Assembly (NCBI GenBank): GCA_026023565.1
Contig: JAPETS010000004.1
Location: forward strand, 682,001 to 746,000
DNA: 64,000 bases
Reading direction: 5' to 3'
From: Cirrosporium novae-zelandiae
Lineage: Eukaryota
In this document: piece after piece, positions 37,483-50,437 of the stretch
Layout of the letters: each line of letters begins with the position of its first letter
Position numbering within the stretch: position 1 is the first letter of the stretch
The notes under the pieces: generated by a model
What the model was told of the DNA's origin: nothing
What the model saw: the letters and a program-made list of their open reading frames with translations, nothing else
Database searches by the model: none
Program-made: the position numbers and the translations under genes

Positions 37483-39463
37483 CTAGTTCTCTGCAGCTGG
37501 AGGTAGAAACCTTTGTCGCCAGGATGAACCCCAAACTTGCACTGCAATGAGGGTCAAGAATGCCGCCATGTCAATGGCTGCTTGACAACCAAACGTGATA
37601 TCTGCTCCAGACCTTTGGACCCATTTCAACTGGAAATATGTCACGCAGAAACCACCTGCGAAAGTCAGTCATGTTGCTTGTCAATTACACCTAGGTAACC
37701 AACCTGTGGTTCTCCAAAAATTCAGGATGGCCGAAGCTAGGGCTGAATGATAGGGAAAGATGTCAAGTTCATAAGCGAAAACCGCGACACATACGGCCAA
37801 TACTGCAAATATAACAAGTGCCCAACCCATGGCCACCCCCATCCAGTGGAGAGAATGCTGGATGGTTTGCCCAAATAATACAAGCCCAGCAGGTCCAATA
37901 AAGGCCGCAGGCCATACCCCCCAAAGACGATTCTCTGGTTGATGCTTTCCATTGTGCCTGCGAATATATCGATTGCAGAGAAAATCGTTGAACCAATGGC
38001 CCCATACGTAACCCACGAATCCTCCCGCAAATGCCCCCAGATAAAGGAAGGCCACTGCTGTGTCGCTGAATGAGTATGGTGGATTCTTGACGAATTGGGT
38101 AGCTGTGTTAATTATTCCTATTTGCCACATAACTTGGATCATAACTATTCCAGCACCTAATGAAAAATCAGCTATGTTGCAAACAACCCAACCAGCTACA
38201 TAAAACATTGGTGAAAATAATTTCATTAGTAGCCGGGGTTCTAGACTCAGCTGGAAGGGAAAATCCAAGAAAGAGCTAGCGATAGTAATAGCTTTAGATG
38301 ATGCTACTTTTACTATCAATTATGTTAAAGGAGACGAAACCTACCGGGCACTAGAAGCTGAGGTAGAATAAAGAGACTTGATAGATCCTTTATCACAGTC
38401 CATGTTCCTGGCCTCCCTGTGGCTCGAGCCCCCGCAATTCCAGTTAGGAGGAGGAATTTATTCACGAATCCTTTACCTGAGGGCTGTGGATCGGATTCCC
38501 CTCTGTCATACAAAGTTTCATCGCCTAGAAAAACAACCAGAAGGGCCGATAGTCCATATATTCCAGCCAAGACCCCGAAGCATGCCCTCCAAGATATTAT
38601 TTCAATAAGTAAGCCGGATATGAAAGACCCAAGGCAAGGGCCAGTTGCAAGACACAATGTCCAAATGTTGATCTTACGTGCACGCTCTGCAGAAGTTAGT
38701 TATGTTTTAATCCCTTTATTGCATTCACTTACCATGGAAAAAGAACATATCATGGATTATAGATAACCCAATTACGTTTGGAGCAACCCCAAGGATCCCT
38801 TGGATGCTTCGCAATGCTGTAAAACTAACAAACGTTGGGGAAGTAGCTGCTCCGATAAGGATACAGCTTGTCAGGAATTGTGACCAGAACTCGAGAGGTA
38901 ACCTGGCCATTGTTCATTATTAGCCAAGTTCAACCACAATCTCAATCAGATGACAAAACAGTCGAGAGTATCACGAAACCGATATTATCATCCATCTGAG
39001 TCCTGGAAGCACCATATCAAGTACGGGTCGAGGTTTTAAACCAGTTGTTAACTGGCCCCGAATCCTTCATTGGGAGTAATTACCGTCCATATCGCTGAAT
39101 GAGAGGGACAATAAGGAGTCCGCCTGGGCCTTGCAAGAAGATGCCCCAATTTAGCGAGGTGCTAGCCTTCGATACTGATATGTTCCAAGTCTCCGCTTGA
39201 GCTTCGAAAAGGGTGGCTCCCCAGGCCATACCTGCATCACCAAGCAAGCTAGGAAGTATGAGGGCCAAGAGAACCCTATGCTTCCTTGCCCAGCTCCAGT
39301 TGAGAGGGTCTTCCGGATCATCTGATGGTTGAGGGGAAAGAACTGTCCTGCCATCTTTTGCGATTTTCTTCCCTTCCAAATTATCCCCAACGGTGGCTTC
39401 GTTGACTAGATGGGTTTCGATTTCAACCGCTTCCGCTGTCTCGGTGGCTTTCTGCTCCGCCAT
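37483..39463 (-). CDS. MFS transporter (DHA1/Hol1-like), about 5 exons
   Basis: PQPSDDPEDPLNWSWARK, QRYGRLP, DMFFFHERARKI, PENRL; multiple TM helices. Confidence 0.88.
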
Positions 39464-41042
39464 TGTAGGAAATTTTATAATATGAATCAGAACAAGTGGA
39501 ATGGGTTATTGATGAGAAGGTAGAGGAGGGGGAAAAGAATGAATTATATTTCCTATTTCCTATTAACCCGTTATCTTGCCTACAATGCCGAGCTGAAGCA
39601 AGTTTTTGCCAACTGGCGACCAAAGCCGAGAGATATGTTTTGTTTTTCGGCGATTGGTATATGGTTATACAACAATACTACTTCCGTGACGGTTCCAAAT
39701 TCGATGTTTGCAATATAATTGGGGACACTTCCGAGGATCAGGATGCGCCCTGCCCCCCTGCATTGGTTACACATCCAGGATATCTTGGAATAGCTTTGAT
39801 GATCCTTCAAGCCACACCATCTTGAGCTGAACCTAATATCATGCATTTGGATTTTCGAACGCGCGTTAAGCTGGTTCTGAGGTTCCAGAGAATGTCACCC
39901 ACGTACTGTAAAAAGTAATTATAGGAATAAGTTCTTGGCAAACCTCTTCCGCTGAATGTGCTGTGTGTTTTTTTTTGCCCAAATTAGATTAACTTAAACG
40001 TTACGATTCTCTATCTCTCTATCTGTTCAGCTAAAAGTAAAAATTCCTCAATGCCATCTCCGCCATTTAAGCCAATGTCTTGACTCCACAACGCCCTTAC
40101 CGAATCCCTTTTACTCGTAATCCCCCCCCCCTCGGCTCTTATCAAGAACCATTTGGGGCTGATATATTATCCAAACTCCTCTTTAAAGGCCGGAATAAGA
40201 AGGACGAACGTATCACAACCGTTGCGTCGTGTATAAACAGCCCTCACCTCACCTCCGAGGGAGAATATGACACCTCCGGTTTTTTTGTCCCGAAGTGATT
40301 TTTATACCGGCCCGATGATATAATATATAGATAAATAGATAGCGTAATGCCCGATCTCACAAAAGCTCCAAGTCTCACCTTTCTGACAGTTTCTTCTCCA
40401 TGCTATCATATTTAGGTACAGTAAAGTCAATAAGTTAGTGCTGGCGGTGAAAAGATAAGTTATTTATTGCGGTGCATTAGGATGTTTAAATCTAGAATGG
40501 TTAATAGGGGTATGATACGATGAGAACCAGTGCTTAAAGTAAAGAGACTAGAGTAGAAGTAATAAATGTTATGATTTTCACTTCTAAGATTTGATGTATT
40601 ATCTCATATTTGACTACGCACGGGAGAGCTTGGCTCTGGCTTGATACTAAAAGATCGTGTTATTTCTTCTTGACATTCGGAGACTAAAGGTAGGTGTTAA
40701 CCGACGAGGTAAAAATCTACCTACATTAGTTAACGAAAGCTTGAAGCAAACACGAAATGCGAATACAATATCCGTTTTTTTTTAAAATCCGACTTCACTC
40801 TATTCTCTTCTTACCTGAACACCAGCGCTATTGTTGAAGAAATAGCTATGCTTATCCAAAGCCAAAGATGGGGAATCTCTTGTTAATTCTATCATCGCTC
40901 CGTCCCTATAATGTTATTTTTCGCTGATGCACAGTAAATAGTGTTGAAAACTTTCTACAGGCGCTTTCGATAAGCGTATTCTAGGCCCCCCTAAAGACAC
41001 AACAGAGGCCCCTGTTTGCTCTCGGATAGGATACTGGGAAAC

Positions 41043-44000
41043 TTAAAAGAGGCCGTCGATTTCCCCGGTCTCTGGATCAACATCCACGTTTAGGTATCCT
41101 GGTGCTGTTGGGAGGCCGGGGATTGTTTGAATGTCTGCCGCGAGTGCATACCTGGTTGTCGATATTAATACCATCATTCTCTTAATTACAATCGTAGTTT
41201 CGTTTACTTACAAATAGCCGGCTCCTGCAGCCATTCTGACATCCCGAATTGGCACCGTAAACCCGGTAGGTGCTCCCTTCAAATTTGGGTCGTGAGAGAG
41301 CGAGTACTGTGTTTTTGCGATACAGATAGGCAGATTTCCAAGTCCTTGTTTGACATATGTATCAACCTTTTCTTGTGCTATTTCACTAAATTCCACAGCC
41401 GCAGCACCATACATCTCCTTTGCTATCTTCTCGATACGTTCTTGAACGGAACCTTCGAGACCATAAAGAAGCTTGAAATTCGGCTTAGGCTTTGAGGAAG
41501 AGGAAATGACAGCGTTTGCAAGCTCGATAGCTCCAGCGCCACCTTCAGCCCAATGGTTGGCAGGGACAGCGTCATCAGCACCCGCTGCGAGAGCTTGTTC
41601 TTTGATAACTGCTAACTCAGCATCCGTATCAGTTTCGAACTTGTTTATGGCGACCACCACAGGAACACCATATGTTTTAGCATTCGAGATATGTTTCTTA
41701 AGATTGACACATCCCTTGCGAAGGAGATCAATATTCTCTTGGCGGTAGACTTCATTAAGAGCTGCCCCCGGTGTAATTGCTGGTCCTCCGCCATGGACTT
41801 TAAGCGCTCGGACAGTGGCAACAATGACAACGCAGTCGGGAACAAGGCCTGAGGATCGGCATTTGATATTGAAGAAACGTTCACCACCCATGGTGAAATC
41901 GAAGCCTGCTTCTGTGACGACATAGCCAGTTTTCTCGTCGTGATTTTCATCAGGTTCGGTCCCAGCAAGTTTAAGGGCAATCTTGTCAGCCAGGGCAGAG
42001 GACGCCCCAATGGAGATGTTGGCAAATGGCCCAGCATGAACGAAGACAGGAGTACCTTCGAGAGATTGCATGAGGTTGGGTTTGATGGCATCTTTCATGA
42101 GAGCGGTGAGGGCACCACCAGCACCGATATCATCACAGGTGACGGGATCACCATTCTTCGATGATGCTACAACCATTCTTCCTAGACGCTCACGCATGTC
42201 CGCGAGAGAGTTGCTGAGAGCAAGGATAGCCATACATTCACTGGCGACAGTAATGTCAAACCCAGTTTCACGAGATAGCCCTTTTTCTGTGGGTGCTTGG
42301 CCGACCGTGACGCCTCGAAGATGCCTGTCGTTGACGTCAAGAACTCTTCGCCATGTGATGGTCTTAGGGTCAATATCTAGTCTTGCAAAGCGATGGATCT
42401 CATCATCAGTCAACTCATCGGGGTTAGTTTTGGTAATTCCTAGTTTCTTCAAACGGCGAAACATGACTGGTAGAAATTCACGTTTGCCCTTCTTTGCAGG
42501 AACTAGTCTTCGGTAGAGAGCAGCATCCTTTTGTGTAGCCTCGTGGAACATTCTTGTCTCAATTGCAGCTGCTAGCAAGTTATTTGCAGCACCAATGGCA
42601 TGTATATCACCAGTTAGGTGTAAGTTGAACTCGTCCATTGGAATAACTTGACTGTATCCACCACCGGCAGCTCCTCCCTTGATACCAAAGGTTGGGCCCT
42701 GGCTTGGTTGCCGCACGTTTGCGAAGGCAACCTTGTTGAGATGTGCACCAAGAGCTTGAGTAAGACCCATCGTCGTGGTCGACTTTCCTTCACCAAGTGG
42801 AGTGGGTGTAATCCCTGCGACAAGTACATAACGGCCATTTCGTCGATGCTCAAGCCGATTCAACAGCTTCAGATCAATTTTGGCTTTGCTGTGACCATAT
42901 GGTTCAAATTCATGAGGACCAATTCCCACCTCAGCAGCAATTTCGGTGATGGGCTTAGGACGCTGAGCACGAGAGATAGCAATATCTGAGGGTACTAGCG
43001 ACTCCAATTTGACTGGTAAGGGGACTATATGCCTTTCTTTTTGGCGATCAAAATAGCAATCTGCAGCATGCACTACGTTTTGGAGAAGCATTGCAACAGT
43101 CATAGGGCCAACACCCCCTGGAACTGGGGTGATCTGTGACACCACTTCAGCCGCAGAAGCAAAGTCGACGTCTCCGACCAAGCGATACCCGGACTTCTTC
43201 GAAGCATCAGGTATATAGTTGGTTCCAACGTCAATGACAACTGCTCCAGGCTTCAGCCAGTCACCCTTGACGAAACCAGGCTTTCCTATTGCTGCGACTA
43301 CAATATCGGCTTGCTTGATGATCTCGGGAATGCCTTGAGACTTAGAATGACAAACAGTCACGGTAGCATCCGCATTCTTCAATAGATAACTAACAGGGCT
43401 GCCAACGATGTCGCTTCGTCCAAGGACCACAGCACTCTTTCCCTTTAGATCGACGTCACTCTCCTCGAGTAAAACCATAACTCCCTTAGGAGTGCATGGT
43501 ATGAAGAAGGGAGTTCCTCCCTTTTTTGCAAGCTCGCCAATGTTCCGTGTTCCAAATCCATCAACGTCTTTCTCGTCCTTAACGGCCGAGGTCACGTTAT
43601 ATTCAGAAATATGGCTTGGAAGAGGCAACTGAACAATGATACCATGAACATGGGGATCATTGTTCAGTTCCTTGACGTGGTGCAGGAGCTCGATCTCAGA
43701 AATGGATTGCGGGTAGTGCGCATGGTTGCAGGTGATGTTCGCCTCTTGAGCCGCCTTCAATTTCATGGAAATATATGTAGCAGATTCTGGTTTATCCCCA
43801 ACTGAAAGCAATCATTGTCAGCGACTAACCTTTCGCCTCTATGACTTGTTCAAAAATCTCCCATAGGTATTCTCTTGTCAAATACTTTTAGTGTAATACG
43901 AAAGATAAAAAAATACCTTGAACAATTGTGAGAGAAGGCTTGTATCTAGGGTTAGCCTTCTGTTTTTCCGCAATCTCCTCCTTCAGCCTCTCTCTAATCT

Positions 44001-44391
44001 TTCGCGCAATTGCCTTCCCATCAATCTTTGTGGCAGTCATATTGGCGGTTGATGTGGATAACTGGAACCTCGTTGGCGGGAGGATAGTAATATTATCGCG
44101 AAAAAGCCTCCTACCCCTCGGTGAGAAGGATTTATCGAGGCTCGGGCGAGCGCAAGCGGAGCAAATGAGATTTAAGTCTATAGAAGCGGCCCTAGACGTT
44201 GAAAAGCACCTGATGGGGCAAGCAGACCCTAATCCATAAGGTAATACAACCACAGATCCTACCACAGGCAGACTCCGAGCCCTACTCAGGGTTGAACGTA
44301 AGAGACTGATAGGGTTCTTATCAAAAGATCGTTGGTAGTAGTGGGGGAGGGGGATTTTCAATCGGTTTCGGTAGACTTTTGGTAACAGCAT
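41043..44391 (-). CDS. ADE3: Trifunctional C1-tetrahydrofolate synthase; cytosolic start 44040, upstream in-frame ATG 44391
   Basis: MTATKIDGKAIA, KDVDG, PCTPKG, TPVPGGVGPMT, TPTPLGEGKSTT, GIKGGAAGGGYSQ; two introns. Confidence 0.95.
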
Positions 44392-44805
44392 GGCGCTCAA
44401 ACAACTGGACGAATAATAAAAGAGACTTCCCAAAATTCCTAAATAATTAAACTATCCTTGAGTTTGTTTTTTCATACTCCATTTTACAACAAATTAATAA
44501 ACATTACTTTGTAGATCTAAAGAAATTAATTAAAATTTTCTTTTACTAATGTAATAATATCTAGAAGTGGATTAGACTACAAAAAATTCTTTAGCTATTG
44601 TTTGCATCTTGTTTGCACTGATATATTCATCTGCACGTGACTGATAAATTACATAAATGCACTCCAGTAACTTTAGCCTTGTATCCTATTTGAGCTCTCA
44701 TTGGTCGCACAACTGCCCCCAACTTTCGAGGACTTCGGCTGCATATTTCATAGATGGGGGACCCATATCCAACATTTCCTCTCCATTAGCCACACATCAA
44801 TCAAA

Positions 44806-45977
44806 ATGAGGCCTATATTACTTTCAGGACATGTATGTCTCCTAACTTTCATAACTATTAATTCTTTAACTAACGATTTCCTAGGAACGGTCCTTGACTC
44901 AAGTCAAGTATATCACTGTTAAACCCCGCTGATAATACAAATTTGAGACTTATTACCCATTTAGATATAACAAAGATGGTGACCTCATCTTCTCAACCTC
45001 CAAAGATCATATCATAGGCGCATGGTTTTCGGCAAATGGAGAACGCTTGGGAGTCTTTAGAGGCCATCAAGGCGCCTTATGGACCGTAGATGTGGATCCC
45101 ACAACGACTCTTCTCGCCAGCGGCGGCGCGGATAATACCATGAGATTGTGGGAGATTAAAACAGGAAAATGTTTGAAGACCTGGGACTTTGATACCGCAG
45201 TGAAGAGGGTGGAATTCACAGACGATGGAAAGCAGCTTCTTGCTGTGACCGAGCAACGCATGGGTTTCCTAGGCACGATCGTGGTTTACGACGTCAAAAT
45301 AGACGTTGAAGCCGAGCAAACCAACGAAAGAAGTTTGACTATCACTTGCACTGATAGTAAAGCTACTGTTGCTGGCTGGGGCTACCTCTCGAAATATATT
45401 ATTGCTGGACATGAGGACGGATCAGTATCACAATATGACGCAAAGGTAGGTTTTAGTTGGTTATCAAAATATGATTATATTACTGACTCGCTACCAGACA
45501 GGGGAACAACTTGACAACGTTCAAGTTCACGACGAAGATGGCGGGCAGATCACAGATCTTCAGTGGGCACCCGACCGAACATATTTCATAACCGCGTCCA
45601 AAGATAAGACCGCTAAAATTCTTTCCACCCGTACCCTCGACATTCTTAAGAGTTATACCGCCGACACCCCTCTGAATACTGCAGCCATTACTCCAAAGAA
45701 AGACTATGTCATCCTTGGTGGTGGCCAGGCAGCTATGGATGTCACAACAACCTCGTCACGTCAAGGAAAGTTTGAAGCGCGATTCTACCACAAAATCTTG
45801 GAAGAGGAGATCGGTCGTGTAAAGGGTCATTTCGGTCCTTTGAATACCATTGCTGTGGATCCTACAGGGAAAGGTTACGCTAGTGGAGGAGAAGATGGTT
45901 ATGTCCGTGTTCATCACTTTGATAAGGCGTATATGAACTTCATGTATGCAGAAGAAAGAGACCAAGCTAAAAAGTAG
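44806..45977 (+). CDS. TIF34: Translation initiation factor eIF3 subunit i (WD40), 4 exons
   Basis: [46 protein letters not shown]; 27-nt and 23-nt first exons. Confidence 0.95.
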
Positions 45978-46891
45978 AAGTGGGATTTATGATGGCGTTC
46001 TTTTATGGTTATGAATTCGCATCGGGGCTCATGAATCAAAAGTCATAGATTGGGGTGACTACATGTCCTCTCCTACTGCAAAATTAATGCAGTAAATCGC
46101 AGCTAATTCGCTGTGCTGGTGAAAAGAATAACCCTATGTCAAAGTATCTTGATCCCAGCAATCCCCACCATGGAAATTCGGGAGCCCGAGACCCCTTAAG
46201 AGGTACAGTACATATACGGTACCAACAGATTAGTATTAACTGTTGCTACACCAAAGTAACAAGACCGTTGGTAAAAACCTAACACATAAAAAAAAGGGTT
46301 TCTGAGGCCAAAAGACATGAGAAACAGGAAATCTAAAATCCTGTCGCAACCTGATTTTTACATTGATTGTGTAGGGTAGGCTTTGAAAATAAGATCAAGG
46401 GGCGATTTTTTCGTATCTGTACTACCGCCTGGTTGGGAGCGCTGAACCTTAATAGCTTGGGGTTGTGGATTTGGTGCTCCTCAACCTTTGGCTCTGGCCG
46501 AAAAATCCACATAGTTCTCTGTTGGATAGACTGTACTTATTAACCGTTGTTATCAAAGCTTATCATATTTTCTGGGGTCTTCGAGTGACCTTGCGGTTAA
46601 TTCTTCCCCCCTGTCATAGTCCTCGGTATGCGTGTAACCACGCTTCCAGCAAGGTGGAAACTAGGTCATCCGAATATGTTCAAAGGCAGCCCAGTATTTA
46701 TATATTGTAAAAAAGGTTGTAGGTCTCACAGTACTCTCGGCCTGTTTACCAGCTTCCACCTAAGTCCAGCTGAATAGTTGTCTTCATAATCGTCTACCTC
46801 ATATCCCAAGGCAATAGGCTGTAAACGATCCCGAAGTGTACGTTGCAAAGGTCTAACGTGGAGGCCAATTATATATAGTATCTTTTGGGAG

Positions 46892-47285
46892 CTATAGTGA
46901 AGCTGCAGCTTCGATCGCGCCAGCTCCTTTAAATGCTGTCTCATTGGTAATGACTACATCGACTGGGTATTTCCACGACATGAATTTAGCCCAACCTATA
47001 ATGTCTAGTTAGCACAGGGATATATCAATATCTCCTAAGCATTAATTGCTGACCCCAATAAGCGCACTTCCTCCCAAAGTACTTCCCCAGATACGGTACC
47101 AGAACCATTGTCAAGAGCAACTCCAATTGTTGCAAACTCTCCTGCCACTCCCTTTCCGCATCAGATTCATTTAGTTCATTGCTATCAAGGGAGTCCGAGG
47201 AAGCTGAGTCGGGTAGTGAATCGATTTCATCATCACCGGGGTCGTGGATGGGATAGTCCATAACGTACGAGGTGGAAACAGACAT
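46892..47285 (-). CDS. MIM2: Mitochondrial import protein Mim2 (2 exons)
   Basis: Acidic N-terminus, DAEREWQESLQQLELLLTMVLVPYLGKYFGRKCAYW|GWAKFM. Confidence 0.8.
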
Positions 47286-47734
47286 GGTGGTGGATTGGGA
47301 GTTCTACTCGGAAAGCGGAAGGAGGATATTGTGATTATCGAAAATGCACAAAGATATGCATTTGAGAATATAAATTCTAGTAAAACATAAATGCCCAAAG
47401 AGAATTCGAAGCAGGTAATAACTGCTTTTCTATTGCGATTGTCTTGATAGACTTTGGGGAACCACTGAAGCCTCGGAGGAAGCTTCTACCTTTCCATCCG
47501 TGCCACCTTCCACCAGGGACTCACCTTCGGTCTCAGAAAAATCATTTTTGGACAATAGGACTGCTGTGTTATATATTAGAATTAATTTTGAGTACATAGC
47601 TTTTTTGTGGAATATATAACTAGTACCTCTTTCTCTACAAATCTATTATCTTTTTTACATCACATTTTTTAATCCCCAACATCAATAGTGAAGATGCGAG
47701 TTTGCGAGTCCTGTTTATTTTGAGACCAGCGTTA

Positions 47735-47751
47735 TCACGTGAGTTGAGTCA
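47735..47751. promoter_or_regulatory. Adjacent TCACGTGA E-box and TGAGTCA (Gcn4/CpcA-type) site upstream of eIF2beta
   Basis: Exact consensus matches about 200 bp upstream of ATG 47953. Confidence 0.45.
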
Positions 47752-47952
47752 GGATCAACTTGGTCCCACCCTAACTACGACTTCACACATCGATAAAGAA
47801 TTACGTCCAAACCCAAACAAAGTAACCTATCCACCAACAAATCCAAGGGTCTATTACATTACAGATCTTAATCTAAACTTGACAAAGAACAGCGCGGAGA
47901 GTATTCAAATTATTTGCCTGTGACTCCAAGGCGCAGCCCACCTTATATCAAT

Positions 47953-49202
47953 ATGGCTGATACCGTATGTTCGTCCCTCTCCAAACCGCCAACATTTTCT
48001 CACCTTGACATGGCCTTCTCTATGCTTCTTATCCTTTACCAAACAGGCTACCAACACATTTACTCAATAGGAAACCTCACCAACGGAGAGAAAGCCACGC
48101 AAATCGGTTGCCTTCAGCGACGGCACAACCATTGTAGATGAAAATGGTCAGATTACTACAGAATCACCTAGCGAGAAGGCCACGGCGGAAAGTCATTCTT
48201 CTCTCCAGGGTCAGTTCTCTTGCCATCTCCACACCCAGCTTAATAAGCTCAGTTTTGAAGAATAACGCTTACAAAATGCTTTTCAGATACCGAGAAAGAC
48301 AAGGATGTCGAAGAAGTTACGGATATGTTTAAAGACCTTGCAAAGAAGAAGAAGAAGAAGTCCTCGAAACCTAAAGACACAGAGATCGAAGGAGCAGATG
48401 GAGAAGCTCCTGCTGCAGATGGCGAATTTGACCCTTCAAAAATGAAGAAAAAAAAGAAGAAGTCGAAGAAACACACTGATGATTTCGAGTCCAAGCTTGC
48501 AGCAATGGGAGGTGAAGATAAGGATAAGGAAGAACCAGCAGAAGGTGAAGCTCCTCTCGAAGAAGGGGATATGGAGAAAGGAACTGGAGTCTGGGCCCAT
48601 GATTGCACGGTAAGATCGTTATCTCAATTTGAACAAACTAGTCACACTCATAACCGATATAGACACCCATTGGCTACAATCTTCTGCTGTCGAGATTCTT
48701 CTCACAGCTCCACAGTAGTCATCCAGACTTGCTCGCGGGCGGTTCGAGAAGTTACAAAATTCCTCCGCCACAATGTAAGTTTTGAGATCTTTGCAACCGG
48801 GATATGATACATGGCTCTAACTACGTCACAGGTCTGCGCGAAGGAAACAAGAAGACTATATTTGCCAACATACCTGATATCTGCAGGAGGATGAAACGTC
48901 AAGATGAGCATGTCATTAGTTTCTTGTTTGCTGAACTGGGGACAAGTGGATCTACGGACGGTTCGAGACGTTTAGTCATTAAAGGCAGGTTTCAACAAAA
49001 ACAGATCGAAGCCGTGCTTCGACGCTATATTGTCGAATACGTTCAATGCAAAACCTGCAGAAGTCCTGATACAGAGCTCAGCAAGGGAGAAAATCGATTG
49101 TATTTCGTTACTTGCAATTCTTGTGGCAGCCGACGATCTGTTGCTGCTGTCAAGACGGGTTTCTCTGCCCAAATCGGGAAACGTCGGAGGCAACAAGGGT
49201 AA
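47953..49202 (+). CDS. SUI3: Translation initiation factor eIF2 beta (5 exons)
   Basis: Poly-lysine K-boxes, [32 protein letters not shown] zinc finger. Confidence 0.95.
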
Positions 49203-50437
49203 GATGTGTCATGACACTATTTCTTTTATCAATGCCCATCTCCCTTCATTTGTGCGTCCCGTGAGGAATAAATAAACCTTACTTGGTTTGATCATGGCTG
49301 AACATGTGGAAAGGAAATGAATCATACGTGGTGTTTGGGCATTGGATTATGTCTACAAAGCTTCGACGGCAACGTGTCACGTGTATCAACGAATAGTGGT
49401 TATGGCCCAAAAGTGTGTTTATGTGGATGATTATCTTTCTATGGGTTGCAATGAAGGATATGGGTTCAGGTGGCCTTGGGGTCACTGGCGGAGGATGACA
49501 TTCACTCATGTATTCTTTTGAGATAGAATTAAATTGAAGGGAATGAATACCAGGGCGATGGTAGATGAAAGTAGGATGAAATAGAGTGGGCTTCTGAAGC
49601 TTAAAATGTCTCGAGAAAGAAGCATATATTCAGCAATGACCAAGTCTGTTCAGATAGTCGACGATATTAATATGTCCCGAGACTTGAAGTGTATCCAGAG
49701 CCTAGAGATATGGCCGGAAGTAGGTTAGCGTCGGGGCTTTGATTGGGCTAGGCACGTGCAAGGGTTTAGTCCAGTGTCTCAACTTCGATACACAATTTGA
49801 TGGCCCGACATCACTATTCCAACTTTTCAAGAGCGTCAAACGTGAGAGCCGCTTGAAGGCTGCTCGATTATGCTTAACGAAGCCAAGATTCTTATCCCCA
49901 TCATTAATGGAGATCAGATTTCTAAATTCCTGCAACATGGCCTATTTCAGTGCCAGTTTCAGCAACTTTATCGTCAATGCATACAACCACACATCCACTG
50001 TCGTGCATGTCTCTTGCAAGCCTCACACCTTTGTCCCCTGTCCTGAGTTTTTTAATTGCTTTCTACCTTTTCTTCTCAAACTCCCTGCCAAGATCTCATA
50101 TAAAGCACTGTATCCTATTGCAACTTACCATGACCTCTCTCCTCATCTTACTCTGCTGCCAGCTCTCTTCCATACTCTTGACCTTGTGCCCCCATACTCT
50201 GGCTGGAGCCAATCTTTCTTTTTCAATTCATCGCCGCTCTTTCTTGCTTTCTTCCCCAAGCCATCACGTTGACCGTGAATCGTTCCGTCTGATCAGGATA
50301 TCTAGACAATTGCTTTCTGGCTTCGGACCCTTCATTTTCTTGACTCGCAGAAGCCATACACTCCCTTCTACTAGGCTTTAGAGACCAACGCTGCCATTCC
50401 TGAACTTTGTCCAAATCAATTTCAACAAACCGGCATC

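Noticed and set aside
46129..46136. TAACCCTA as a telomerase RNA template
   Set aside because: An 8-mer is expected by chance; no pseudoknot evident; the interval is short for a Pezizomycotina telomerase RNA
46171..46182. GGAAATTCGG resembling fungal RNase P CR-I, and nearby AGTCCTCGG resembling MRP CR-I
   Set aside because: No matching CR-IV/CR-V partner to form helix P4 was found
46389..46422. AAGATCAAG..GTATCTGT resembling U2 snRNA
   Set aside because: The branch-recognition GTGTAGTA and the 5' stem are missing; spacing is wrong
49702..50414. Several overlapping 60-180 aa ORFs
   Set aside because: Mostly non-ATG starts and no recognisable motifs; likely promoter or 5'UTR
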